The position numbers were made by a program, and so were the translations under genes. The notes below the pieces were generated by a model, which saw only the letters and a list, made by a program, of their open reading frames with translations, did no database searches and had not been told where the DNA came from. A stretch of DNA of 60,452 nt from contig NW_008246189.1 of the NCBI RefSeq assembly GCF_000281045.1, positions 55,130 to 115,581 of the forward strand. The letters are read 5' to 3'. Positions 43,346 to 55,359 of this stretch are shown here, in pieces (position 1 is the stretch's first letter; every line of letters starts with the position of its first letter). The DNA comes from Saprolegnia diclina VS20. Lineage: Eukaryota.

Positions 43346-44683
43346 GGTAGTAGGTGGAATTTCCTGAGTGAAACTACGGCCAACGATATCCCGAGGCCAG
43401 CTCTCACTTCCCCACCACCAACCGCCGAGCCGACGTGCCGCCTTCCATTGGCTGAAATTCGACCAATCCGAACCGGCGCGATCCAAAACCTCTCACAATA
43501 CATACATGCCACGTTCGACGCCGCACGCTGCCACGTGTGTTTGGCGCCCCACCCAGTGGCCATGATAGCCCACTCCGTGCACATCACACTACAAGACCGT
43601 TCTCGATGCAGGCACGCGCGTGACCGGCGTTGGGCGTTCATGCGTTAGTGGAAACGGGCATTGCGGGTTCTTTTTCCTGGGTGCAAAACCTCTCTAAACG
43701 TATGTGATGATAACCGTAGCAATTGACTGGCGCGACTTCAACCGCAGAGAAAGGCAGAAGGTTGCTACTTGCAGTTCTGGGTACTCGTACTACGCCGAGA
43801 GCTCTCTGCATGGCACGTGGCGGTGGCTTGCGTTCGATCTCGCAATGACGCCTACCGCAGCGATCTACTGCAGCAAACACTGAACGATGCAAGCAGCACG
43901 CTGTTAGCTGTTGAAGTAGAGACAGTGGGATCCGACAACGTGCCCCTCAACCTCGAAAAGTGCAGCTCCAGCTTTTCGCCCAACATTGCAACTCGATAAC
44001 TTCAATGCAGGAAGAGCTCCTCGCATAAAATCCAAGATTGAGGAATGGCAGGCATGTATGTTAGGATCAGCTTTGCGCGGCAGTTGAACAAATAACTTTA
44101 GAATGGGCTCCAGCGAGGCCTGTGGTCTAGCATCTGCGTGCAACTAGGGTTGTGCACGTACTACCGTACGAGCCGCAAGTGCACACCGGTAACCCTTGGC
44201 CGGCGGCCATGGCAGACCTCACTACGCCTGCCAAATGACATGGTTCTTGCTTCATTCGTGCAACGAGGCAAAGCCTGAGTCCTCATGCCCCATGCACCAT
44301 GCCGTAATAAAACCTCGCAGGTCCGCAAGCACCTTGCTGCTCACTCGTCGTGACGATGTAAATATCAAGGCGGGGTATCAACCTATCGACAGTAACGGTG
44401 TCCACGCCCCGTCAATGCTCGGCACCGCAAGCGACCATAGACATGCAGCCCGGCGATCTTACCGCGCTGGCCGTTCAAGCTAAAGTCACATGCAGCTAGG
44501 GATTTGGCGCGGTGCATCGTGTCACCACTTGCACTGCGCTCGATTCTGCCCCAACTGCGGAACGTCGCCGACGTCCCATCTTGCATTTTGTATGGTATAC
44601 ATGATGCAAGGTCGATTGCGGGTCGTCTCGCCCAAGCGTGACAGTTCGGTTGCTCGCGGTCGTAGTGTACAATCAGCTGCAGC

Positions 44684-46237
44684 ATGGGCCGATTCTGGTC
44701 AACGAGTCTGCGCGACGAGATCACGCCGCTGCTGCGGCTCGCGCTGCCGATCTTCGTGTCGCTCATGAGCTTCTTCGCACTCTCGATGACGGAGCTCATT
44801 GTCGCCGGGCACCTTGGCACCACCGAGTTCACGGCGGTCGCGTACGCGCAGCTCGTGCTCGACTTCACCTTGATCATCTTCACGCAAGGCTTCAACAAGG
44901 GCCTCGACGCGCTCGCGTCGCAGGCGTTTGGCGCCAAGAACTTTGCGCTCATCGGGCGCTACACGCAAACGACCTGCCTCTGCTTGACGTTTGCCTGCGT
45001 CCCGATCGCGTGCATCTGGTGGGTCTGCGCCGACGCACTCTACATCGTCCGTGGCGTCGACCCGAAAAGCATTGAGCTCGCGCGCCTCTACACACGCATC
45101 TCGATCCTCTGGCTTTGGCCGCGGCTCATGTTTCAGGCCGCGACCGTCTTTTTCCAAGCGCAGCAGATCGTCTTGCCCTCTGCGGTTTGCTCGCTCACAG
45201 CAGTGCTCTTCAATGCGCTGCTGAGCGTCTTCTTCGTGCACGGAGGCTTTGGCATGGCCGGCCTCGGCTTTGTCGGATGCCCGCTCGCGATGGTCGTGAC
45301 GCAGTCGCTGCGGCTTCTGGGCTTTCTGACGTACATGACGCACCTCCGCGGGTACCACCGGCATGCGTGGAGCTGGAGCTGGGACTTTCTCGACGCGCGC
45401 TACATCAAGACGCTCGTGGCCATCGGCGTCCCGCTCATGCTCGGCCAAGCCTTTGAGAACGCACAGTTTCAGACCATGGCGTTCTTTGCGTCCATGTGCA
45501 GCGAGGTAGTCCGAGCTTGTGTGTTTTTTCACAACAAATTTAGATCTCGCTGGATGCGCACAACGCGACCATGCAGCTCGTCTTCTTCCTCACGTCGCCC
45601 ATCTACGGCCTCACGGACGCGGGCGTGAACCGCATGGGCATGTACCTCGGCGCGGGCAACCCGACCAAGGCCAAGGACGTGAGCCACTTATTGTTTGCGT
45701 GTATTTTCAGCATGTCGGCCGTCATCGCGCTGCCGTGGATGCTCTCGCGACACGTGATTGGCCACGTCTACTCGAACGACGCCGCCGTGCACGAAGCGAT
45801 GGCCACGATCACGGTCGTGGCCGCCGGCGGGTACATGGCGCTCTCCGTGTTCTACTACTCGATGGTACACTACTGCGTTGGCGCCACCATCTACACCAAC
45901 GATGTCCGCTAGGCCACGCTGCGCGCACAAGCCAAGGCCGTGCCCGTCATGCGTACGTTGTGTCGTCATGGTCATCACGGCCCATGCGCGTTGTTGTGTA
46001 GTGGCGTTCATTTGCGGCGCGTGGCTCCTCGGCGTCCCGTCCGCGTACGTGCTTGGCGTGCACCTCGAGCTCGGGCTCCTCGGCGTCTGGATCGGCATGG
46101 CGCTCGGGTACTCTGCGACGACAGCAATCGGGTTTTACCATGCGCAGCGCTCCGACTGGGCGGCGGAAGCGGCCAAGGCCGTCGAGCGCAGTGCCAGGAA
46201 GCAGCACCCCGCGACCGAGACCACCAAGTTCGTGTAA
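44684..46237 (+). CDS. MATE (MatE) efflux transporter 1, the divergent 3-intron copy
   Basis: LRLALPIF...AGHLGTTEFTAVA...GLDALASQAFGAKN...NRMGMYLGAGNP..AK...LGLLGVWIGM...DW..EA. Introns 45506-45543, 45865-45912 and 45953-46001. Confidence 0.92.
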
Positions 46238-46882
46238 TAACAGGTCAACAGCCTTCGTGGACGGCCCAATGTATTATTGCAGTGCATGCTTCGAGAAGGA
46301 AAAGTCGTTCTCAGATGCCAGCGTCGCAGCCGACCGTCGTGCGCAAGCATGTCGCCGCGCCGTCAATGTCATCCAAGCGCAAAGCTACTCGTGTACGACT
46401 ATCGTCGAACGAAGAGGAAGCCGACCTGTACCGGTGCTGTCCAGCAGCGCACAGAAGGTATCGCCGTCTGGCCGACTCGTACGTAGAGCGAGATGCCACA
46501 ACCCTCTTCAACCTGCGCGACCTATCCATATGCCAGCCTCTGATTGGTTAAAAGTCCTAGCTTGACGTGAACGCACCCAATCCTGCGTGCACAGAGTACC
46601 GTGTAGGGCCGATCTTGGCACCTGCGTCGTCGCCGATCGTGATGCGATCGCCTCGCCTTCGCCACCCATAGAACGCCCGACGCGCACCTCGGTGGCGAGC
46701 GCAAGGCGCTACCAGCGCACAAAAGGACCAAAGCGCGCCCCGTAAAAAAACGGGCATTCGGCAGGTCCTCTTGGCGCTCGTGTCTCATGCAATTCGACTT
46801 GGGTGGTACGCTGTCAAACTGGTGGCGCCAAAAAACCAGGTTGCACCTACGTTCGGTGCGTCCCACGCTTGAGGCAATGGCG

Positions 46883-46897
46883 CATTCCGTCACTTTT
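46883..46897 (+). promoter_or_regulatory. Oomycete INR/FPR-like core promoter upstream of MATE 2
   Basis: CATTCCGTCACTTTT about 15-30 nt before the ATG at 46912 resembles the oomycete initiator plus flanking-region consensus. Confidence 0.3.
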
Positions 46898-46911
46898 GCG
46901 CTTGCACCAAC

Positions 46912-48624
46912 ATGGAAAAACCATTCTCGCGCGCCGACGAGCTCAAGGCCCTTGCGCGCCTCGCGACGCCGATCCTCTTCTCGAACCTCGCCATGTTTGG
47001 CATGTCGATGGCGGTCTTGATGGCGGCGGGGCACCTCGGGTCGGCGCAACTCACGGCCGTCGCGTACGCCCAAATGCTCTTTGACATCACCATTCTCGTC
47101 TTCGCGGCCGGGTTCATTTTCTTTTCGAACCTCGCCATGTTTGGCATGTCGATGACCATGCTCATGGTCGCGGGGCACCTCGGGTCGGCGCAGCTCACGG
47201 CTGTCGCGTACGCCCAAATGCTCTTTGACATTACGATCCTCATCTTCGCGTCCGGCTTCATCGTGGGCCAAGCAACGCTCTCGGCGCAAGCGTACGGCGC
47301 CAAGAACCTCGTTTTGATCGGTCGCTACTGCCAAATGAACTGTCTTTGCGTCACGCTCGCCTGCGTCCCGATCGGCGCGCTTTGGTGGTTTGCCGGCGAC
47401 ATTCTCCGGCTTGCCGGTATCTCGCACGAGACAGCGGCGTACGCGGCGCAGTACGCCCACTACTCGACGCCGTGGCTCCTTCCGCGCCTCCTCTTCCAGG
47501 TGCTCAGCGTCTACTTCAAGTCGATGCAGAACGTTATGCCAGCTGCCGTCTTTGCCGTCCTCTTCACCATTCTCAACGCCGGTCTTAGTGTCGCCTTGGC
47601 GCACGGCGTGCCTGCCATCGGGCTCCGCAGTTTTGGTCTCGCGGGTGCGGCCGCCTCCATGACCTTTACGCACTACGCGCGGACGCTCTCGTTCGCGTTT
47701 TACATGTTCCAACACCGCCAGTTGCACGCCACGTCGTGGAGCTGGGACCGATCGTTCCTCAATGTCAAGCAGTACTTTGTGCCCATGGCCAAGGTCGGCG
47801 GCCCCATGATCATTGGCCAGTTTGTCGAGACGCTGCAGCTCCAGACCATGTCGATCTTTGCCGCCATGACAAGCGAGGTCGCGCTTGGCGCCAACAACTC
47901 GATGATGGAGCTCATCTTCTTCCTCACGTCGCCGATCTACGGCATGATCGACGGTGGCTCGACGCGCATGGGCATGCACCTCGGCGCAGGCCACGCCCAA
48001 GCCGCCAAAGCCACGAGTCTGCTCGTGCTGGCGGGAATCGTGACCCTCTCGATCGGCATCGTGGTGCCGTGGTTTTGCGCGCGCAACGTGATCGGGCATT
48101 TGTTCTCGACCGACGCGCATGTGATTGCGACCATGACGTCGATCAGCACGCTCGCTGCTGTTGGCTACATCATCATGTCGCTCTTCTACTACGCCATGGT
48201 ACCCGCTTCGAGCCTCTTCTTGTGCTGATGAAGGTTTGTCTAGGCTACGCTGCAAGCGCAGGCGCGGACACTGCCCATCATGGGCTCGTTCCTCATTGGC
48301 GCATGGGTCGTTGGCGTCCCCGGCGCATACATCTTTGGCTTTCCTGTCGAGATGGGTCTCCTCGGCATTTGGATTGGCATGGCCGTCGGCTACTTGGTCA
48401 CGACGATCCTCGGCGTCTACTTTACGTGCACGTCCAACTGGGAGAAGGAGGCGAAGAAGGCTGCGGCGCGCTGCAAGGCCCGCGGCGGCGACGACACGGA
48501 GTTTGTCGTGATCGAGATCGCGCCCAAGTCGACACAGACGCGACTGCCGATGCTCGTCATCGAGGAGAGCGTCAAGGGCATGGACTTTCCGACGCCCAAC
48601 ATTGTGCGCTACGAACACTCGTAG
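46912..48624 (+). CDS. MATE efflux transporter 2, with an internal 48-aa tandem duplication
   Basis: MATE motifs; intron 48199-48243; duplicated unit at 46972-47115 and 47116-47259. Confidence 0.9.
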
Positions 48625-48802
48625 AGTATCGCGATTAACATAGAGGATATACTAATATATGTGGACAGTATTATAATAATGGTGGGAACACTAATGTCCA
48701 TCTCGACGTTCAAAGGCAAACTCACGCAAACGATCCGGATGCAACCGAAAAAGATCGCGCCGGTTGGCACAATAAGAACACAGTGGAAGACTCGCGACAA
48801 CG

Positions 48803-50325
48803 ATGCCATTCTCGGCGCGCAACGAGATGCGCGTGCTATGGCGCCTGGCGACGCCGATCCTTTTTTCGAACCTCGCCACGTTTGGCATGTCGATAACGGT
48901 CCTCGTCGTCGCGGGCCACCTCGGCCCTGCGCAGCTCACGGCCGTCGCCTACGCGGAGATGCTCTTTGACATTACGATCCTTGTCTTTGCGTCCGGTTTT
49001 GTCGTAGGCCAGGCGACGCTCTCGGCACAAGCGTTTGGCGCCAAGAACTTTGCGCTCATCGGCCGCTACTGCCAAATGAACTGCCTCTGCGTCACGCTCG
49101 CATGCCTGCCAATCGGAGTCCTCTGGTGGTTCACTGGCGACATCCTCCGTCTTGCGGGGGTTTCGCACGCGACAATCGAATTTGCGAGAGAGTATGCGCA
49201 CTATTCCACGCCGTGGCTGTGGCCCCGCCTCGTCTTCCAGGTGCTCACCGTCTACTTCAAGTCCATGCAGAACGTCATGCCAGCAGCCGTCTTTGCCATC
49301 GCGTTTGCGGTGCTTAACGTTGGCCTCGTCGTCGCTCTTGTGTTTGGCCTGCCGCACATGAGCTTTCGCGGATTCGGGCTCGCCGGCGCGCCGATCGCAC
49401 TCACCATCACGCACTACAGCCGCCTCGTTGCATACGCCATCTACATGTTTGGCCACCAAAAGTACCACGTCTCGTCGTGGAGCTGGGATCGTACCTTTAT
49501 GAACCGTCCACGGTACCTTACGCCAATGCTCAAGGTCGGCGGCCCCATGGTCGTCGGCATGCTCGTCGAGAACCTCCAGCTTCAGATGATGGCCATCTTT
49601 GCCGCCATGACAAGCGAGGTCGCACTTGGCGCCAACAACTCGATGATGGAGCTCATCTTCTTCCTCACGTCGCCGATTTATGGCATTATTGACGGTGGTT
49701 CGACGCGCATCGGCATGTACCTCGGCGCGGGCAAGCCCCGGGCCGCTAAAGCCACGAGCCACTTGGTGTTCTACGGTATCTTTGGGCTCTCGGTGCTCAT
49801 CGTCATCCCGTGGCTGTGCGCACGCAAGATCATTGGCAAGCTCTTTTCGAGCGATCCCGCCATCATCGACAGTCTGACGACCATTAACACGCTGGCGGCG
49901 GGCGGCTACATCGTCCTTTCGCTCTTCTACTATGCCATGGTACCCTCAGAATGGCCCTTTTTGTGTATAAGCATGCGCCTTAGACCACGCTGCAGGCCCA
50001 AGCACGGACGCTGCCAATCATGATCTCGTTCCTTATCGGTGCTTGGCTCGTCGGTGTGCCCATGGCGTATGTGTTTGCATTTCCGCTGCACCACCAGCTC
50101 TACGGTGTGTGGCTCGGCATGAGCCTCGGATATCTCGTCACGACAGCGTTCGGCGTATACTATACGACCAAGTCCAACTGGCCCGACGAAGCGCGGAAGG
50201 CCGTCGCGCGAAGCAAAACAAAAGACAGCGACGAGTCCGAGCCGTTTCTTGCCGACTTTGAAGCCACAAAAGTGCTCGAGGAGCCTCGCCCCGTCGAGCC
50301 CACCGCGCCCGATTGGGAAGATTGA
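48803..50325 (+). CDS. MATE efflux transporter 3
   Basis: MPFSARNEMRVLWRLATPILF...; intron 49940-49983; second exon to 50325. Confidence 0.92.
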
Positions 50326-50831
50326 AAATGCAACTATTCTTTTACGTAGAGAAAAAGGCGTCATGCACGCGGTTGGTTGGTGCGTCCATTTTGATTTGTC
50401 CTCAACTCGAACTGCGATTCTTTTCGTTCTAGGCGTAAACCGTGCAAAGTACACAATGATTCGATGACTTTGCCGTGATCCAACGGCTGCACCGAGAGAA
50501 AGTGCGAGTGGGTCATAGACACGATAGCTCTCAGGGCATTGGTCACGTCATGGACGAGAGGAGTCACATCGCGTGTCACGACCGCCCGCACGCATTCCCA
50601 CATGGGGAGATCGATTCCCATCAAAGCTATTTGCGATCGCGCCAGTGCTGTCGGTACCAGGGTTGGACTGCGTGGTAGAATATCGTGCGTCGCTTGCACG
50701 AGGTGTCCTTAGCACGGATCATTCCGATGTCCACCACGACCAACGCTCAGCAAGCCTTTCTTTCACGGGTTCTCTGTCCATGCACGAATGTACACTATAG
50801 CAAAAAGCCCATTGCATATTTCTCGCACACG

Positions 50832-52393
50832 ATGGCAGAGTTCTCGGCCCGGCACGAGGTCAAGGCCCTGGCGCGCCTCGCGACGCCGATCCTCTTCTCG
50901 AACCTCGCCATGTTTGGCATGTCGATGGCGGTCTTGATGGCGGCGGGGCACCTCGGGTCGGCGCAACTCACGGCCGTCGCGTACGCCCAAATGCTCTTTG
51001 ACATCACCATTCTCGTCTTCGCGTCCGGCTTCATTTCGGGGCAAGCAGCGCTGTCGGCCCAAGCCTTTGGCGCTGGCAACCTACCGCTCGTTGGCCGCTA
51101 CTGCCAAATGAACTGCATTTGCATCACGCTGGCGTGCATTCCCATTGGCATCCTCTGGTGGTTTACCGGCGACTTTTTGCGCGCCGGTGGCATCTCGGAC
51201 GAGACGGTGCGCTTTGCGAGAGAGTACGCTCACTACTCGACGCCGTGGCTCTTCCCGCGCCTCATCTTCCAGGTCCTCAGCGTCTACTTCAAGTCGATGC
51301 AAAACGTGCTGCCCGCAGCGATCTTTGCCGTGACGTTCACCGTGCTGCACGCCGGCCTCGTTGTCCTTTTGGTCTTTGGACTTCCGTCGACGGGCTTTGT
51401 GGGCTACGGCCTCGTTGGAGCGCCGCTGGCACTGACGCTGACGCACTATGGCCGCACGATCGCGTACATTGCTTACATGTTTGGGTACAAGAAGCACCAT
51501 GCTTCGTCGTGGAACTGGGCGGTGCGCGGTCTCAGCCCGCGACTCTACTTGGTGCCGATGCTGCGCGTCGGGGGGCCGCTCGCCCTCGGCATGCTCGTCG
51601 AGAACCTCCAGCTCCAAACCATGGCGGTGTTTGCCGCCATGACGAGCGAGGTCGACCTCGGTGCCAACAACTCGATGCTCAACCTCATCTTCTTTCTCAC
51701 GTCGCCCATCTTTGGCATGATGGACGGCGGCGCGACGCGGATCGCCATGCACTTGGGCGCTGGCCAGGCACACGCCGCGCGCGCCACGAGTCACTTGGTC
51801 TTTTACGGTATTTTCGGCATCTGCGTCCTCATCGTGGTGCCGTGGCTCTGCGCGCGGTCCTCGATCGGGCGCATCTTCTCGTCCGACGAAACAGTCGTCC
51901 AGAGCATGACGACCATCAGCACCTTGGCCGCCGCGGGCTACATCATCATGTCGCTCTTCTATTACGCTATGGTTTGACGGCGCGATGAGACAAAGTTGTT
52001 GATCAATGTGTGTAGGCAACGCTGCAAGCACAGGCCCGAACACTCCCAATCATGGTCTCGTTCCTCGTCGGCGCTTGGATCGTTGGCGTGCCACTGGCGT
52101 ACGTTTTGGATTTCCCCGTCAACCTCGGTCTCCTCGGCATCTGGATCGGCATGTCTGTTGGCTACATCGTCACGACGGTGCTCGGCGTCTACTTTACATC
52201 CAAATCGGACTGGCCAGAGGAGGCCAAGAAAGCTGTCGAGCGGAGCGCCGTCAAATGCAGCAGTTTAGAGCCGGCAAGCGCTGCTGCGCTGGAGGAAGGC
52301 TACGCTGGGATCGCCGACAGCCCCGTCGATGCGACGACAACGCTTGCGCGCGACGCCACGAGTAACGCGCCGTCTCTCCATCGACCCACATAG
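50832..52393 (+). CDS. MATE efflux transporter 4
   Basis: MAEFSARHEVKALARLATPILF...; intron 51972-52015; second exon to 52393. Confidence 0.92.
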
Positions 52394-52556
52394 TCGCGTC
52401 GGAGAAGGCAAATGCAATCACCACTTTTGTCGAGAATCGTCTTGATGCGACGTTGCGAGCGCCGAGTATCGAAGGTAAATCAGTAACCAAAGGTGGGGGG
52501 ACGTGCTAGTCATGGGCTGCGATCGGGAAGGTCCCTCTACGGTGTGTATTTTGTAT

Positions 52557-52955
52557 TTACGCGGCTTTTTGCTCGAGTTCCCACTCTTGGCACTCGGCCC
52601 AATGACGGATCCAAACGCAGTTGGGGCAGCTTGAGCCACAGCACTCGTGGTCTCCTGGCGGCTCGGGCGCAGGCTGCAGAGCTTCGGGATCGGCCAACAC
52701 AATGTCGGCGCTGGAGAACCAAGGCTTCTCGAGGCTGTTGGGGATTTGCAGTCGGTACGGTGTCGACGCATCTTTGACGTCGTGCAAGATAACCTTGGCG
52801 ACATCACCTGCTGCGAGACCATGACGCTCAGCTACACCAGGTGCCAGGACGACGAGGTCGCGCAGCTTGGGCGCGCGGGTCGAGAAGGCCCGTTCAAACC
52901 GTCGCAGCAGCATCAGCACAGTGCGGTGTCGATTTCCAAGCGCGTGTCTGAACAT
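52557..52955 (-). CDS. Small protein with an Oxidored-like Cys motif (OXLD1-like), probably mitochondrial; alternative start 52913
   Basis: PAPEPPGDHECCGSSCPNCVWIRHWAECQEWE; N-terminus MLLRRFERAFSTR resembles a transit peptide. Confidence 0.8.
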   Translation of the reverse strand: MFRHALGNRHRTVLMLLRRFERAFSTRAPKLRDLVVLAPGVAERHGLAAGDVAKVILHDVKDASTPYRLQIPNSLEKPWFSSADIVLADPEALQPAPEPPGDHECCGSSCPNCVWIRHWAECQEWELEQKAA

Positions 52956-53837
52956 CACTTTCTTTGGGGTCCCCCTACCTTCGTGTGAGACTTTAAAATA
53001 ATGAAAATGTTTAACCTTGTTTTTATTATGAACTAGTAGTAAAATAAATCGAGAGGTGTGTAGGAAGGTGTACCTCGATCACGTGGCAGAGGAAGCGCTT
53101 CGAACATCACTTGCCGGTCGACCAACTGCAACCTTGGTGGCATCCAAGGGAGATATTATCCCTTGATGGCATCCTTCGTGGGAAGGTGGAATCCTGTCCT
53201 AACACTGCGTTCGCATGAGTTGAAATGTAAACTGGTATGTCAATCGTGCGTAGAGCTTCATTCGTGCGTCATACCGGTATTTAGTATGATCCCTCTGCTT
53301 CTGTCGTGTTGACGCGCTCATCTTACACTGTACAAAAAGTTTGTGCCTGCGTACCGGTACTCGAGCTCAGTGTATTTCGCTTCTATTTCTGGTCATGCAG
53401 CGTGCCCAGAAAGGAAAAGATCAAATCGTGTACCTAGAATCCGCGAGCACAGCTCACAAGCACGGGCACGCTCACCACTCCCAGGACGCGAGACGGGCCA
53501 CCTGCGGCTTTCGACGCCATGGCGACAGCAACCACCCGACCAGATAATGCAGAAAGACATGATGTCATGTTAAACTTTGTCGTTTCAAATCTTGATCAAT
53601 GTATTAGAGCCTTTTCAGGCCACAGGATTGGTCCATCGTAACGACGAATTGACCGAATCTGGGCCGTCCAGACGAGAAAGAATTGAAGGAGGTCCTGAAG
53701 CAGTGATGGATGGCGCGTCAAATTACACCTCTCCCAGCTACCACGCACGTTACGGATGGCCTGTGTAAAAGACGGAGACGAAGGTGGCTGGCACTTGAGC
53801 TTTCTTATTGCTGTTCGCAGTAGCCGTTTAGTCCGGT

Positions 53838-55359
53838 ATGCCCTTCTCCGCGAAAAGCGAGGTGAAAGCGCTCGCGCGCCTGGCGACGCCGATCCTCTTT
53901 TCGAACCTCGCCATGTTTGGCATGTCCATGACAGTCCTCGTCGCCGCAGGCCACCTCGGCGCCGCGCAGCTCACGGCCGTTGCGTACTCACAAATGATCT
54001 TTGACATCACCATTCTCATTTTTGCCTCCGGCTTTGTCGTCGGGCAGGCGTCGCTCTCGGCGCAAGCGTTTGGCGCCAAGAACCTCGCGCTCATCGGGCG
54101 CTACTGCCAGATGAACTGCCTCTGCATCACGCTCGCCTGCATCCCGATCGCCATTCTCTGGTGGTTCTGCGGCGACATCCTCCATGCAGCGGGTATCTCG
54201 GACGCGACAGTCGTGCACGCCAAGGACTACGCGCACTACTCAATGCCGTGGCTGCTTCCGCGCCTTCTCTTCCAAGTCCTCAGCGTCTACTTCAAGTCGA
54301 TGCAAAACGTGCTGCCCGCAGCGATCTTTGCCGTGACGTTCACCGTCCTCAACGTCGGCCTCGTCTCTGTGCTCGTATTTGGTCTTGCGTCGACGGGCTT
54401 TGCAGGCTACGGCCTCATTGGCGCTCCGATTGCGATGACCATCACGCATTATAGCCGGCTCGTCGCGTTCGCGCTCTACATGTTTGCGTACCGCAAGCAG
54501 CACGCGTCGTCGTGGAGCTGGGATCGCGCGTTTATGAACCGGCAGCTCTACCTCAAGCCGATGCTCAAGGTCGGCGGCCCCATGGTCATCGGTCAGCTCG
54601 TCGAGAACCTCCAGCTCCAGACCATGTCAATCTTTGCGGCCATGACGAGCGAGGTCGCACTCGGTGCCAGCAACTCGATGATGGAGCTCATCTTCTTCCT
54701 CACGTCACCCATCTACGGCATGATCGACGGCGGCTCGACGCGCATCGGCATGTACCTCGGCGCGGGCAAGCCCCAGGCAGCCAAAGCCACGAGCCACCTG
54801 GTGTTCTACGGTATCTTTGGGCTCTCGGTGCTCATCGTCATCCCGTGGCTGTGCGCACGCTCGTATGTCGGCAAGATCTTCTCCACAGACGACGCCGTCG
54901 TCAGCAGCATGACGTCCATTAGCACGCTCGCTGCTGCGGGCTACATCATCCTCTCCCTCTTCTACTACGCGATGGTGCGTCGCTCTCTCTCCGCATGGGG
55001 TTTCTCACATTTTATTTGCCGAGTAGGCGACGCTGCAAGCGCAGGCGCGGACTCTGCCCATCATGTCTTCGTTCCTCATTGGTGCGTGGGTCGTTGGTGT
55101 TCCCGGTGCGTACGTCTTTGGCTTTCCCGTTGGTCTTGGCCTTCTCGGTATTTGGGTTGGCATGTCCGTGGGGTACATTGTCACAACCGTCCTCGGCGTC
55201 TACTTTACGTACAAGTCCAACTGGCCTGAAGAGGCCAAGAAGGCCGTTGAGCGAAGCAAGGGCCGCGACGACGGCGATCGCTTGGTGGTGGAGCTTGAGC
55301 AGAACAGACGCGCCAGCATTGACGCCGATTTTAGCACTATGGTGACGCCCAAGGAATGA
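53838..55359 (+). CDS. MATE efflux transporter 5
   Basis: MPFSAKSEVKALARLATPILF...; intron 54975-55026; second exon to 55359. Confidence 0.92.

Noticed and set aside
42120..43350. Two long plus-strand ORFs (382 and 358 aa)
   Set aside because: Antisense to the GC-rich, repetitive SERBP1 CDS.
46522..48618. 698-aa minus-strand ORF, and similar ones at 44699-45532, 48836-49762 and 51081-52049
   Set aside because: Antisense shadows of MATE genes; they even mirror the internal duplication.
17610..55359. One large sterol or detox gene cluster (P450, AsnB, elicitin-like, DJ-1, MATEs)
   Set aside because: The genes are spread over about 38 kb and interleaved with unrelated housekeeping genes; nothing in the sequence ties them together.
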